Shown piece by piece: positions 38,784-52,565 of a stretch of DNA of 64,000 bases. The first letter of the stretch is position 1; the number at the start of each line of letters is the position of its first letter. The translations under genes were made by a program, and so were the position numbers. Under the pieces are notes generated by a model. It saw nothing but the letters and a program-made list of their open reading frames with translations. It searched no databases and was not told where the DNA came from. The DNA is from Octopus vulgaris (taxonomy: Eukaryota), in the NCBI GenBank assembly GCA_951406725.2, contig OX597820.1, forward strand, positions 41,230,001 to 41,294,000, in the 5' to 3' direction.

Positions 38784-39776
38784 ATATGCATGAACTTGTT
38801 TAAGAAACAAAAGATTACTCTCGTGAAACATCATATGGAGAGGAAAAAATTGAGTAATTCCCTGGGGATTTAACATGTAAAGTTGACAGATGCCTTTTAA
38901 CTAAAATGGTTTGATCTATCAGAATAGCAGCAAAAATATTCCGATTCTCTTTGACCATGTAGAGCAGCGACTTATGTAAAAGATTACAAGCTTATTTCGT
39001 AGCGTAACTCAGGAATATTACCCGAAGATGAGAAGAGAGAATACTGATCGAAATGTCGTATCAACATCAATAAAGAAAATATAGTCAAAACAACAAAGAA
39101 AGAAAGAAAGGAAACAATGCTGATATGTTAAATTATCATTAATTAGGACATTAGTGATGTAAGACAAACTGCTTCAGCTGTATTTTAAAACAGTGTTATA
39201 AACCCAGTTTGCACGCAGAATTCTTAGCGTATTTATAATATTCTATTTTTGTCAAAATCATATATTTTGTGAATCTCCAAGATTTTTTGTAGCCTCCAGA
39301 TATCTTTGTAATTTTTGTTTTCTTTTTATAGTTTAGAAATGGCTCAGTAGCCCATCACCACTCCAGTACTTCTATCACTAGCATCACAGTAACGGCTTTG
39401 CGGTTTCATCACTGCCACATTTTCCCTCCACCAAAGAACTCTTTCTCTTTCATATTAACCAGCGACAAGCGTGATGGTCTTCTGTTGTCAATAAGAAACT
39501 CAAGAGTTTCTCAATGATCCTGATACTAAAGGGCTAATTCTAGTGCTCAGAGCAGGGCAGACGACGTCAAAGATAACAAAAGGACAGGAGGTGATATTAA
39601 ATCTACTCCCTAAAAACAATCTACAGTCCCTCTGACAGACTCCCAGCAACACAATTCGTTTCACAGAGCTTGCAATAGATCCGATATGTACCCAAGGTTC
39701 TGTAGCGTAGGATCGAATGCAGAACTACATGGTTACAATGCAAACTTCTTAACCACAAAACCATGCCTTTATATAT

Positions 39777-40007
39777 ATTTCTTTACTACCCACAGGGGCT
39801 AAACATAGAGGGGACAAACAAGGACAAACAAACGGATTAAGTCGATTATATCGACCACAGTGCGTAACTGGTACTTAATTTATCGACCCCGAAATGATGA
39901 AAGGCAAAGTCGACCTCGGCGGAATTTGAACTCACAACGTAACGTCAGACGAATTACGGCTACGCATTTCACCCGGCGTGCTAACGTTTCTGCCAGCTCG
40001 CCGCCTT
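39777..40007 (-). mobile_element. Full-length SINE family A with 16 bp TSD
   Basis: CCATGCCTTTATATAT at 39761-39776 and 40008-40023. It sits at the head of a decayed family C copy (about 39650-39770). Confidence 0.92.
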
Positions 40008-40609
40008 CCATGCCTTTATATATTGAGTCTGTGCTAACTAATCGAGACAGAATCAACAACAACAAAAGATCAGAATAAGATTAAGTAAAAGAAAACAACA
40101 TCAACAGCAGCACTAGCATAAAGAGGTTTTTTTTTTTTTTGGAAATCCTGAAATGAAATATATAAAAAAAAAAATACTAAAATCGATAGAAAAGACTGAG
40201 GACAACAAACGAAAGCACAAAATCCTCAACACATACACACCACCACCACTACCACTACCACAACTTCAACTACCAGCATTACAGCCAGCAGCAGCAGCAG
40301 CAAACAACAACAGCAGAAGTAGCAACTTCGCCGTTTCATCGCCACCACACTTTTCCTTTCGCCAAAGAACTGTTTCATATTGCCAAGCTACAAGCGAGGT
40401 CTTCTGTTATCAATAAGAAGAGTACCCTTGAAAATAAACCAGCAGTAGTGTCTTGTGACATTATAGGAACAATGTTTTGTCTCTCCGTTTCTGTTACTAT
40501 TTCTGTCTGTCTGTCTCCCCCTACCTTTTCTCCTTTACCTCTCTTCTATCCTTTTCTCTCCCTCTGTTTATTTAAGCATCTACAAAACATAACGACCAGC
40601 CTAACAATA

Positions 40610-40611
40610 TT

Positions 40612-40650
<39 letters not shown>

Positions 40651-40697
40651 GTCTTTCTGTGCTATATACAGGTGTGTGTGCATGTGTATGTGTGTGC

Positions 40698-40735
<38 letters not shown>

Positions 40736-40934
40736 TCATACATACAAGCATATATACATAATTCTATATTTATATAGTACATAGATATATGTAAATATAT
40801 ATGACACAATGCGTCTTATATATATATATATATATATCTTTATCCCCGTCTGTCTTGATAGACAATATATATATATATATAAATACATATATATACACAT
40901 ATATATATACATATATATATATATGCATATATAA

Positions 40935-41012
<78 letters not shown>

Positions 41013-41018
41013 TTATAT

Positions 41019-41097
<79 letters not shown>

Positions 41098-41282
41098 TAT
41101 ATATATATTTGTGCCTGTATGCACACACACATACACACACATCTTTCTAACTATTTATCAATCGCTCTCTTTCCTCTCTCTCCGAATTTCTTTTTCACCA
41201 CACATCCTCTTTGTTTCCTATTACACTTTCCGCCATCTTCCTTCTCGTTTTACTTAAATATTGTCCTATGCGTTATACTTTC

Positions 41283-41325
<43 letters not shown>

Positions 41326-41326
41326 G

Positions 41327-41365
<39 letters not shown>

Positions 41366-41390
41366 CGCTGTCTGTCTCTCTCTTTCTCTT
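40610..41390. repeat. (AT)n, (CA)n, (TTTC)n microsatellite cluster
   Basis: Directly visible. Confidence 0.93.
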
Positions 41391-42457
41391 GCATGTTTGC
41401 TACATAATTCTTATCCCCCTTTCCTCTAAAATACTGCCTCTTTCTTCATCTTACCCTGTCTAAGTTCAACTCTGTTTCTTCCTCTCCTCCCTTTCTCTCC
41501 TTCTCTCCTTTCCTCCTTCACAATACAAACCTTACAGAATAACGAAAAGAGGGTGAGCAAGTAGAAAGGAATGGAGGTGGGGTATAGACACTTGTTGAAT
41601 GTCTTCGATTGAAGTATGATATTATAGTCGCTCCAGAATCGACGTCTATATAGTACATCACTCTCTCCAACCACCATTCCACCCCTGGCTGTCCGCCCGT
41701 GCGATCGAATAAGAGAAGAGTATTGTGTGTCGTGTATTGTATATTATGCCATATAGATTGTCTATTCAGAGGTCATTGAAAACAACAGTTTGTCTCCACT
41801 CGCTAACGTAGAAGACTCTTCATTGTATATGCATACACACTGACACACACACACACATACACACACATAAACACACACACACGCACTCCGACACTGACAC
41901 ACATACGCGAAAAGCACACCATAGAAACGCGTATGCATATACACACATACAGGCATACATATATACAAAGACACACGTGTATGTTTTTGTATGTGTGTGT
42001 GTATACACATATTTTATTCTACAGGCAACTTTTGCAATTTATATCCAAGTATAGGACACGCACAGCTCTTATACACACAAACACACACACAAATATATAA
42101 ACACGTAAGATAAATATACACACAAACACACACACACACATATATATATACAGATAAATATATCTATATACATTTATGTGTAAATATATATGTATGTATA
42201 TATGTATATATATACATATACTGTATATATGTATGTGTATAAATACACACAAACACACACATATATATATATATATACACATATATACATATATATATAT
42301 ATACACATATAAATATATTTATATACATATATGTGTATATATATGTCTGTATATATAAGTCTATATATATATATATGTGTATGTGTGTGTGTATAAATAC
42401 ACATACACAAACATATATATATATATAGAGAGAGAGAGAGAGTTGCTTTTTATATAC

Positions 42458-42500
<43 letters not shown>

Positions 42501-43485
42501 TATATATGTGTACATATGTATGTGTGTGTGTGTAATTTTCTGATTTCACTCATTGGGCCACGGCCACGATGTGTCACCCGTCTGAAAGGTTTTCAGTCGA
42601 TTGTATCGAATCAAATACGCCGTCACTTATTTCATTGCTTTTCGTTAGAAACGAGATACAAAGTTGACCTCGGTTTAAGGGGAAGATGACACAGTAGGAA
42701 ATTAATACTATCTCTGCGAAATTACGACTTACATAGATACATAAATACAGGCAGTCAAACAGAGTCAGAATGGGTTTTTGTACTGTCTACCGTAGCTGAA
42801 TTACAAGGTCAATCAGCAACTGTGGTACATAACAGATCTCCAATGTGTCTTAAGCCTTAGTTTCTGATAATGAGTACAAGTCTGGAGCGAACATCATCAC
42901 ACAGACTTTTCATCCTAAATATACATATATATGCATAAATGCGCACACATATGCACACACGGACAAACATGTGCTTACACACACGCGCGCAAACGCATAC
43001 ATATTAGTGTGTATGTAGTTAGTTAGGTAAGTAGGTAGATAGGTATGGAGTTAGAAGGAAGGGAGGAAGGAAGGAAAGAAGAAAGGAAGGAAACAAAGAA
43101 GAATAGAAGGCGATTAGAAAGAAGTGCAGGAAGGAAATCGTTAATGTATATATATATATATATATGTGAAATAGAAAGATGAATAATCTTGTAGTAGATT
43201 AATCAAAAGTTTAACCGATACCTTGGTAGCAAAAATCACAGCAGTAAACAGCACGGTTGGAGGTACAACCATATGGTGTTGCAACCGCGCGTTCGATTTG
43301 TTTTGCTCCGCCTCTGTTCTGTTTTTGTTTTTTCCAACGGATTTCCTATTTCTTCCTGAAGAGAAAGACACAATATGGTCCCATTATTCAATCGGATTTT
43401 GGTAAATTGTGCCTTTCGAAACACGTGTAGAATGAAATAAAACGATTTCTGTTCAATCTGCGTTCAGCTCCATTTCTTCAATTCA

Positions 43486-43533
<48 letters not shown>

Positions 43534-43593
43534 TATATATGTATGTATGTGCGTGTATGTACGTATGTATGTATGTATGTATCTATCTATCTA

Positions 43594-43640
<47 letters not shown>

Positions 43641-43683
43641 CTGTGTATATATGTATATATATATATGTGTGTGTGTGTGTATT

Positions 43684-43717
<34 letters not shown>

Positions 43718-44872
43718 TGCTCGTTGGTAGTTAATTCAATGATGAACACTTAGAGGTAAACTTTCGTTGTAAGTGTTTCATCAATCAAGTATAAAAGTTT
43801 CCGCTTTTCTACACATTTGTCTCTTCTGAGAAGTCTATATTGAACTCCTGGAATTGCTAAATTACTATATACGGAAGCAACAGGGCATTGTTTTATACAA
43901 TACCCTATGAGAACATTTAGGATGTTCTCAATATGAACATCCTAAATGTAATGGAGAATGTGCTAAAGATAAGACATTCTTTCTCGTATAGACTTATGAC
44001 ACACGCCCAAAGAATAAATCGTAATTTATTGAGCACATTTGATGAAAAATATCTCGCTAAGACTAAGTATATTGAATCTGATGAAACGACTTTGTGTCTT
44101 ACTATGGAATATCCGTCTGTCTTTATACAGATAGACACACAGATACAGACACACATACACATACACACACATATATATCGTAATTTATATATATATATAT
44201 ATCCTAATCTTTGCCTTAGGGAGAAACACTCATAAAGAGTGTGAAAACGAAAGCTCAAATATAAATATTCCATTTCTAGAAAACACATCTTAACATTCGG
44301 CCAAAAGACAGTTTGCAATTGTACATTAGTCGTCCAATGCGTGACAAATAATTAAAGAAACACTAATTATCTACATCCAAAAACGGCAATCATATCTCAA
44401 ATGCTTCTTAACAAAGGCGAGATTCACATCGGAGAAAGAAATAATGTACATAAAGTGTGGGGAGCATCATTATAGAGCATGTGAAGTAATCGAAACGACC
44501 AGCTGATTCAAGAACGGGAAGGAATTGAAGATGAATACAAACATAAATTACAAAACCAAAAAAAAAAAAAAGTCATCTGCATCACGTATCCAAAGTGTAA
44601 TGAGAATTATATAGGAGAAACTCGATCGTAATTACCCAGCCGTGTGAGAGTTCAAAAACAGCAAATAAAAGATTCATCTATTTAAAATGTTCCATGTAGA
44701 GGAAATCTAGATATTTATGCAAATGGAGAATTCAAAATATTTCCTTTTTCCGAAGTTGAATAAGAAAATGATCGACTACAAAACATAAAAAGCAGAATAA
44801 TTTATAAGAATACTAAATCCGAAATTAAACCGGAAGTAGTCGACATCATTACTGAAAACAACAGCCGATCTG

Positions 44873-45387
44873 CTCTAAGTACGCCATATAATCCCTCAGG
44901 ACATTTTTTTAGATTTTTCGAATTTTCAGAAGTTTTTGCGAATTTGTATTCTGCACACAGGAATTCACACGATTATGGAAAAAAAAAGAATTTTTAACAT
45001 TTTTCAAATTAAAAAAAAAAAAAATTTTGTTAATTTTCTTTTTCCCTTTTTTTGAATTTTTCTTTTTAAATCACAGTTTAAAATAAGGACAATCCGAAAT
45101 TTTGGCTTAAATCTAAGCAATAGACCATTCAATGCGTTTACAGAAAGAAAGATTTTGAAAAACATCAATGTGTCAGACTGACAAGCAAACGAGGAGGGTA
45201 TGAGGTGGTTGTGAGGTGTGCTAAAGATAACAGCTAAATTGCCCTTAAATAACGCATCAAATCTATTTTTGGTTTTTGGTTTTTGCATAATTGTATGAAT
45301 ACCCGCGTGTAGAACACAAATCGCAAATAATTTTTGAAAATTTGAAGAAGCAAAAACGTTATGTGGGGTTATATGTCATACGTAAAG
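44873..45387. mobile_element. Old MITE-like element with ~115 bp degenerate inverted repeats
   Basis: CTAAGTACGCCATATAATCCCTCA..TTTGCGAATTTGTATTCTGCACACAGGAATTCACACGATTATG resembles the reverse complement of the right end, TTACGTATGACATATAACCCCACA..TTTGCGATTTGTGTTCTACACGCGGGTATTCATACAATTATG. Confidence 0.7.
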
Positions 45388-45650
45388 AAGAATTCCTCCA
45401 AAACAACACGCTCTATACAGATTACCTAAGAACATGTGTTTGAAAATTTGAACAACAGAAGCACTTAACACAATACACACGATAAGAAAACGTTTTCCCA
45501 AAAGGTTCGTGTCAATCTGGTTCTCAAAAAGTTTTTAAGAAGTTAATAGCATTTTACAAAATTCCTCTTTAAACTGAATCAAATATAATACTTTTTGCAA
45601 AACCTTTGGATGTTTATATGTATATACATATATAGATATATATATATATA

Positions 45651-45854
45651 GAGTGGTTGTCTACTGTCAACTTAATGTGACAGTCCTGTAAGGGAATTGC
45701 TCCACCGCTGTTTAGCCCTAGGAAGCATCGATGCTTCCTGTCGGCCTTGACACATTTCCTGTGTCCTTATATATTGTCTCCCCTTCGTAAATATATAAGG
45801 ACACAGGAAATGTGTCAAAGCCGACAGGAAGCATCGATGCTTCCTAGGGCTAAA
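45651..45854. mobile_element. Fold-back palindromic element, copy 1 (65 bp arms, 14 nt spacer, right arm truncated)
   Basis: 45711-45775 matches the reverse complement of 45790-45854 at 64 of 65 positions. It is flanked by (TA)n and is homologous to 51621-51857. Confidence 0.85.
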
Positions 45855-45874
45855 TATATATATATATGTATGTA

Positions 45875-46065
45875 TTCTATTGACAGCAGCCATGTTGGAG
45901 CACCACCTTAAAAGGATTTTTAGTCGAAGAAGTCGACCCCAGGACTTATTCTTTGTAAGCCTATTATTTATTCTATCGGGCTCTTTTGTCGAATCGCTAA
46001 GTTACAGGGACGTAAACACACCAACATCGGTTGTCAAGCTATGGGGTGGGGTCAAACACAGACGC
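45875..46065 (-). mobile_element. SINE family C 3' half
   Basis: TTGACAGCAGCCATGTTGGAGCACCACCTTA..GACCCCAGGACTTATTCTTTGTAAGCC..GTAAACACACCAACATCGG matches 52590-52740. Confidence 0.85.
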
Positions 46066-46402
46066 AAAGTAACACTCAGAAATATATGCATGTGTGTGTG
46101 TGTCTGTGTGTGTGTGTGCCTATAATAATAAGCTGTACATGGTCTAGTGGTTAAAAGTGTTTCACTCATGATCACTATCAGAAATGTAGTGAACCTATGA
46201 CTGGCGGCTTGGAGTTCAAATCTCTGTGGGACTGACATTAACTTCCCTTTTCCTTTAAACATATCATAAGCATTAGTTATGTGTTGAGATTAATTAGATC
46301 AATCCCACTCTTTCTATAAAATGCATTGCTTTGTGACTACGTGAGAAACCATGATAATAATCATTATTATTACAGTAGTTTGGATGTTTTATGTGGATCA
46401 CT

Positions 46403-47830
46403 GAGTGGTCACCATTTACTCAAGATGGTCTAAATGACTTGTGCTGGGATCTCTATTTAACCAAAGAGAAAGTGAGTTTCTGGCATCAAGGCTTCAAGAA
46501 CGTAATCCTCATGAGAAAGGAGTGAAGTTAACACTGTATATAAAACATACAGAGGATCTGTTTGCATTATTCGCCATGAAGGATGACTTATGCTTTTGTA
46601 ATGACATCACTGAACTTTTTGAACAACTGGAAATACCATATGATAAAACCAACTGGCAACTCCTCATAGATGCATCCAAGGACAGCATCAAAGCTGTTCT
46701 GCTACACAACGGTAACACTCTGCCTTCTGTTCCCTTGGCTTATAGCACAACCATGAAAGAATCATATGAAAATCTGAAAGCAATTTTAACAAGCATATAT
46801 TATTATGACCAAACCTGGCATATTTGTGCAGATTTTAAGGTTGTGGCCATGGTTTCAGGCCTTCAGCTTGGCTATACTAAATTTTGCTGCTTCCTGTGCT
46901 TATGGAATTCCAGAGCGAGAGCTGAACATTATGTACGCAAGGATTGGCCGATCCGAGATGAAATTGAGTAAGGAAAACACATCATGCACAAACCACTTGT
47001 GAAAAGTGATAGAATATTTTTTTACCACCTTTGCATATTAAACTTGGTTTGTTTAAGCAATTTGTGAAAGCCTTGGGCAAAGAATCCTCCGCTTTTCCAT
47101 ATCTTGCAGAAAAGTTCCCTTCCCTGAGTCAAGCTAAAATTAAAGACGATTTCTTCATAGGACCCCAAATTCGAAAAATTGTACTTGATGAAACCTCCAT
47201 CACACATCTTAAGAGAAAAGAGAAGCTTGCATTTGAGTCATTCAAGAAAGTTTGCGATAACTTCCTGGGCAACCATCGTTCAGAAGACTATGTGCAAGTT
47301 GCGAATGATCTGCTGAGTCATTATCATATGGAATGTAACATGTCTCTAAAAGTTCATGTACTTCAGTCTCATTTGGATTTTTTTGCGGTAAACCTTGGTG
47401 ATGTGAGTGATGAACATGGCGAAAGATTCCATCAGGATATTTCAGTGATGGAGCGACGATTCAAAGGAAAATGGAACCCTGGCATGTTGGCAGACTACTG
47501 CTGGGGTATAAAAAAAGATCACACTCCGCATAAGAGGCTTAAGAAGGACAAAAGTTCTTTAAACTAACAGGTGTGGTTTTAATTCATAACCAATATATGC
47601 TTTGTTATACCAACTAAATTTTTGTTTTGTTTTTTGTAACTTTCAGTATTTGCAATGTTGTGTTCAATACGCAATATTATGCAGTATATTATAAAAAATA
47701 TGGTTCATGGTACAGGAAAACGGTGCCTAATCTGGAGAAATAAAGGTCAGAATCAGGACAATACTTTGATTCAGAAACAAGTCTTGCTTAATTTGAACTT
47801 TTTTTTTAACCTGAAATTTTTTGCACAGTG
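46403..47830 (+). mobile_element. 5'-truncated Chapaev3-type (CMC superfamily) DNA transposon with disrupted transposase
   Basis: ORFs 46441-46971 and 47031-47567 carry LNDL..DL.LTKEK/SEFLASRL, IDASKDSIKAVLLHNGN, WHICADFKVV, GYTKFCCFLCLWNSR, LHIKLGLFKQFVKAL, SLKVHVLQSHLDFF, SDEHGERFHQDI and MLADYCW. They are split by TAA at 46969 and a frameshift. The 3' terminus is ...TTTTTTGCACAGTG (CAC...GTG ends). Confidence 0.85.
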
Positions 47831-47937
47831 ATATCAGAGAATGTTTGGCTATTTCGTGATTGTAAGTTTGAAATACACGCACATAAATACAAACACGCAC
47901 ACGCGCGCTCACACACATACACATTTATCCAGGAGCA

Positions 47938-47999
<62 letters not shown>

Positions 48000-48126
48000 A
48001 TGACTGAAACTGTGCTCATGTCACAGCTGTTACGCAGATACATTACTAAATTGAAACATAAGCACACTTCAATAGAGAAGCAAACACAATGAGAGAGTGA
48101 GAGAGAGATAGAGAGAGAGAGAGAGA

Positions 48127-48163
<37 letters not shown>

Positions 48164-48311
48164 ACACGTACATATAAATATATGCAAATATATACATATA
48201 TCCTTCTATCTATCTATCTATCCATCTATGTGTCTATTTATGTATCTACCTACCTACCTATATATAAACCACATGCATGTGTGCGTGTATGAATATATAT
48301 AGATAGATATC

Positions 48312-48460
48312 ACTAAGGGCACTAGTGAGCTCCAGTATTGCTAGAAATAAGAGCCCAAACAATTCATAGCCACGAAAAGCATTTATCTTATCCTCCTCGT
48401 GGCTGTGAGTTGTTTTGACTCTTATTTCTAGCAATACTGGTACTGACTAGTGCCCTTAGT
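48312..48460. repeat. Hairpin / inverted repeat (about 64 bp arms, 21 nt loop), probable MITE
   Basis: ACTAAGGGCACTAGT..CCAGTATTGCTAGAAATAAGAG..CAAACAATTCATAGCCACGA pairs with TCGTGGCTGTGAGTTGTTTTGACTCTTATTTCTAGCAATACTGG..ACTAGTGCCCTTAGT. Confidence 0.88.
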
Positions 48461-48866
48461 CACTTCAGTGACATTTATATTTCTGTCTTTCGGTTGTAAA
48501 TTGCGAATAAGCAATTTTTATTATATGTATGTGTGTGTGTCTATCCATGTGTGTGTTTGTGTATCTATGTGTGTTAGCGTGTTTGTGTGTGAGTGTGTTT
48601 TTGTATATTTTGACTGACCTATTTAGACTGATATGTACAATAGATAGAATTATATTTGTGCCCGTTTATTTGTCTCTGCTTGTCTCCATGTCCATTTGCT
48701 TCTGCCTGCTTATGTTACTTATATAGCTAACATAAGTTAGCATATTACATGTACACCGTTCTCCTATTAGATCGCAACAGATGTATGAAATTATAGGGAC
48801 AATGGGAAAAAATGTATAAGCCACAATTCTCCTTCTTATAACGCTTTGTATTTTCGTTTCGTGTAG

Positions 48867-48990
48867 ACACCCCTTTAGACATCTTCGGCTTCCAAAATAG
48901 CAATACCAACAATCTGAAGGGCAACGGTAGAAGTCTAGCCATGTACATAAACACAAGGTGTAATAACCAAAGTGCTAAAGGACCAGACAA
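48867..48990 (+). other. Candidate exon A (124 nt, phase 1 to 2)
   Basis: Acceptor TTTTCGTTTCGTGTAG, donor AA|GTAAGA. The only open frame is TPLDIFGFQNSNTNNLKGNGRSLAMYINTRCNNQSAKGPD. No recognised homologue. Confidence 0.25.
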
Positions 48991-49010
48991 GTAAGATAGA
49001 TATCAATCAC

Positions 49011-49130
<120 letters not shown>

Positions 49131-49510
49131 GTAAAGATTTAGATATATACACATATAGCAGTTGGAGAAACTAGCATTCTTGAAACATGAATAGACACTT
49201 GAAATGCAAAAGTGGTGGTGAAGAATATTCCAAGAATTGCACTAGACTGCACAATATGTCTATACCAAAATACTGCTCCATACGTATTATTAACGAAGGA
49301 ACAAAAAAATGAATGACTTGTTAAGTCGTTTGGAAGATTAGAAACCGTAGAAATGAATTTTAACTTCTTTAGTTTGGAAATTGTTATCATTCAGAAGCAC
49401 TGTGCATTTCTCACCAGAAGTTTAGAGTGAGTAGGAGTCTGTTTCAAGGTTTAGCACTTCCAAATACTTTTCCTTAGCACTACTATTGTCACTTACAATT
49501 CTTTCCACAG

Positions 49511-49583
49511 GCCAGATTTTTCTTCAAAACATCGATCTTGAAGAAATCAAGCTGGTTACAGACCACATCAGTTTCATCAGATG
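49511..49583 (+). other. Candidate exon B (73 nt, phase 1 to 2)
   Basis: Acceptor TTCTTTCCACAG|G, donor TG|GTAAGA. Open frame QIFLQNIDLEEIKLVTDHISFIR. Confidence 0.33.
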
Positions 49584-49889
49584 GTAAGAGCCTCAAAACT
49601 ATAAAGGATGTAAGGCATACAACAACTACGGAATATAATATATTGCATGATATTCTCCTTATAGCGGCACATTCGTCTTTCAGTTTTTGCTTAGCCTTTC
49701 CTGATATATAATATCACTGTAGTACATTGCATAAATTATAAAGAAGTCCATGGTTATTTTAAGCGCAGTAGTCACTGTTCTAATACAGCATCCATATATA
49801 TTCGTTTGGCTTGTTGTATGTCTCCACCGTCCTGTTTTTGTTACCAACTTTGATCCTCCGCAAATCCAAACTTTTATTTTGGTTCGCAG

Positions 49890-49970
49890 GAGCAACTGTT
49901 TTTCGAAAACTCATATTGCCGTTGATTACTCGAAATCTGGAGTAGATGAACGGCCGACAACAGATGAAAG
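49890..49970 (+). other. Candidate exon C (81 nt, phase 2 to 2)
   Basis: Acceptor CTTTTATTTTGGTTCGCAG|G, donor AAG|GTCGTT. It continues exon B (or A) in frame as SNCFSKTHIAVDYSKSGVDERPTTDE. Confidence 0.3.
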
Positions 49971-50154
49971 GTCGTTCTTTATGTTACTTGTCTTGGTTTT
50001 CCATTTATTTCTCTCCTTGTTCGCATGCCTAAGTTTGCCTTCGTATTTCATGTTGTTTACATTTTACGACGTCCTGTACCCATATACGCATATATATACA
50101 CATATATATATATGTAAGTATGTACATATATGTATGTATATATGCATATATACA

Positions 50155-50211
<57 letters not shown>

Positions 50212-50293
50212 TATATATATGTATGTGTGTGTGTGTGTGTGTGTGTGTATGTATATATATATATTTTTTGAATATATATGTGAAACTGCATAT

Positions 50294-50374
50294 GAATTTG
50301 AACTCAGAACGTAACGGCAGACGAAATACCGCTAAGCATTTCCCCTGGCGTGTTAACGGTTCTGCCAGCTCGCC
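50294..50374 (-). mobile_element. SINE family A head-only fragment
   Basis: GAATTTGAACTCAGAACGTAACGGCAGACGAAATACCGCTAAGCATTTC..CTGCCAGCTCGCC. Confidence 0.85.
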
Positions 50375-50991
50375 ATCCCATTTACATTACTTTTTTACTT
50401 TTCACTTTATGCACATTGTGAACATAAGTTATTCCATATTTCCTTTCGATTTCACGCATTATTTGAAAACGGTTGAACGAAGAGCTCTCTCACATAATCG
50501 AGTATGGGAATTTTACCGCTAGAGGTATTAGAAGTGTTACTGTTGCTGTTTTTGCTACTGGTGTTGTTGTTAAAACCTAAGTTAACTCTGATCATACAAT
50601 ATATGAATGATAGGTTTCCAACGGCACCTAACCAATGCTTCTATGGATATCTTGCTCTACATATCTCTATTTTTTTTTATTACGATTGAGTGTGATTGGA
50701 GGGATATTTAGTTACTAATTCTAGTCGGTCGAATGACCATATAGAGACCCTCCACTCATAGTGTAGCTGTCGCTGCTGCTTCTACACTAAAATGACGTCG
50801 GTTAATATTATTGAAGGAGGTTTTTTCTTTTTTTATCTATGGGAGGAGACACTAGTATTGGCCTGCCAGTTTGGGGTGATGGAAAAGTTGATAATGGCAT
50901 TGGCGAAGCTGTGTAACATGATCTTCACTATTAGTAGCAAAGAAAACAAAATAAAATGTGTGTGTATGTGAGTATGTGTGTGTGTGTGTGT

Positions 50992-51029
<38 letters not shown>

Positions 51030-51496
51030 GAGAGAAAGAGAGAGAGAAAGCGAGAGAAAGAGAGAGAAAGAAAAAGAGAAAAAGAGAAATGGGAGAACAA
51101 TTTGAAAGAGTAGCGAGGGCGTGGAAAAGTTAGAAGGAAAGTGGAAAGTGAGTTGTGATGGTCTGAAGAAAAGAAAAGATGGACGAACGATAAGAAATGC
51201 ACTGCCAACAGCAATGATGACAGAACTCGGTGAAAGGGATTAAGAAGATCAGCGATAACAACACCGTTTAACATCAATGATTATAACACTGATAAAAATG
51301 GAGATGATAGTTTTAACAACGATGTTATCACCACAACACTAATACCACCACCTCCGACGACGACAACAGCAACACAATCGTTATGACAAAAGGCGCCTTT
51401 ACTCAACCGTTCAAGCTGCTTGAAATAGCGGCTAAATTTCCCACAAAATCCACTCTATCACCCCTATGAAACGACAGATATATTTCATTACAATTT

Positions 51497-51568
<72 letters not shown>

Positions 51569-51620
51569 AAATACAAAATTTCTAAATCTCTCGTAGAGAC
51601 ATGTACGGTGGTGGGGCGAT

Positions 51621-51850
51621 AGAATGGTTGTATACTGTCAATCTAACACGAATGTGACAGTAGGGGGGGTACACCACCGCTGTATAGCCCTACGAAGCAT
51701 CGACGCCTCCTGATGGCTTTGACACATTTTTCCCTATTTAAGGACACAGGGAAAAATGTGTCAAAGCCATCAGGAGGCGTCGATGATTCCTAGGGTTATA
51801 CAGCGGTGGTGTACCCCCCTACTGTCACGTTCGTGTTAGATTGACAGTAT

Positions 51851-51857
<7 letters not shown>
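51621..51857. mobile_element. Fold-back palindromic element, copy 2 (~107 bp arms, 12 nt spacer)
   Basis: 51629-51735 matches the reverse complement of 51748-51853 with about 4 mismatches and 1 indel. (TA)n abuts the right end and lies about 55 bp from the left end. Confidence 0.9.
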
Positions 51858-51908
<51 letters not shown>

Positions 51909-52565
51909 ATGGGCTGGTCATGGCTGGAACGCCTTTGGAATAGCTTTTCTCGGTCATAGTTGAGATGGAGGCTAAACCCCACAAGCAGCAACAGAATTAT
52001 TTTTTATCATCACTATACTTTACACAATTCTTTACACAAGTCTGTCATACTTCAGACACTTCTTTTTTATGTGTCAACTGCAGACTGCCATCTCAAGGTA
52101 TCGCCAACTTAGCAATTAGGACATTTTTCTCAAGGCAGACCACGACATAAGATTAACGCATAGTTTTGTTGTTGCAAAATGATCTGAAAACAGGTTTTTC
52201 CTCATAAATCAACCTGCATCTTCTCGTCTTTAGCACCAGAATTATGAGTTCTACCTTTTTTTTGGCTTTTTATCCCCTTTTCTTTCTTTCTTCCCCCCTC
52301 TCTCTCTCTCTCTTTCTCTCCCTTTCTCTCATCATTTCCCCTTTTCTCTCATACACATATCATTTGTGACATAAACATGAAATCTAAGTTCTTTTTTCTT
52401 TTTCTCTTTTTTGATTATGTGTGAAGCGAAATGCTGCGAAATTCTTTTACGGTATCAGAGATTAACTGGTGTGCTAAACCGAAAGAGGAGCGTAAGCAGG
52501 TATTGTTCAGCTTCTACTATATTATCGCCAATATCTTATAACACTAGTGTTTTATATATATATAT

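Noticed and set aside
39020-39075. CCGAAGATGAG...CGAAATGTCG...AATAAA, reminiscent of a Penelope-associated minimal hammerhead
   Set aside because: The core is mutated (CCGA rather than CUGA), I could not build convincing stems, and there is no Penelope ORF nearby.
46441-47567. Two-gene host locus or novel protein pair
   Set aside because: The two ORFs are consecutive parts of one transposase broken by a stop and a frameshift.
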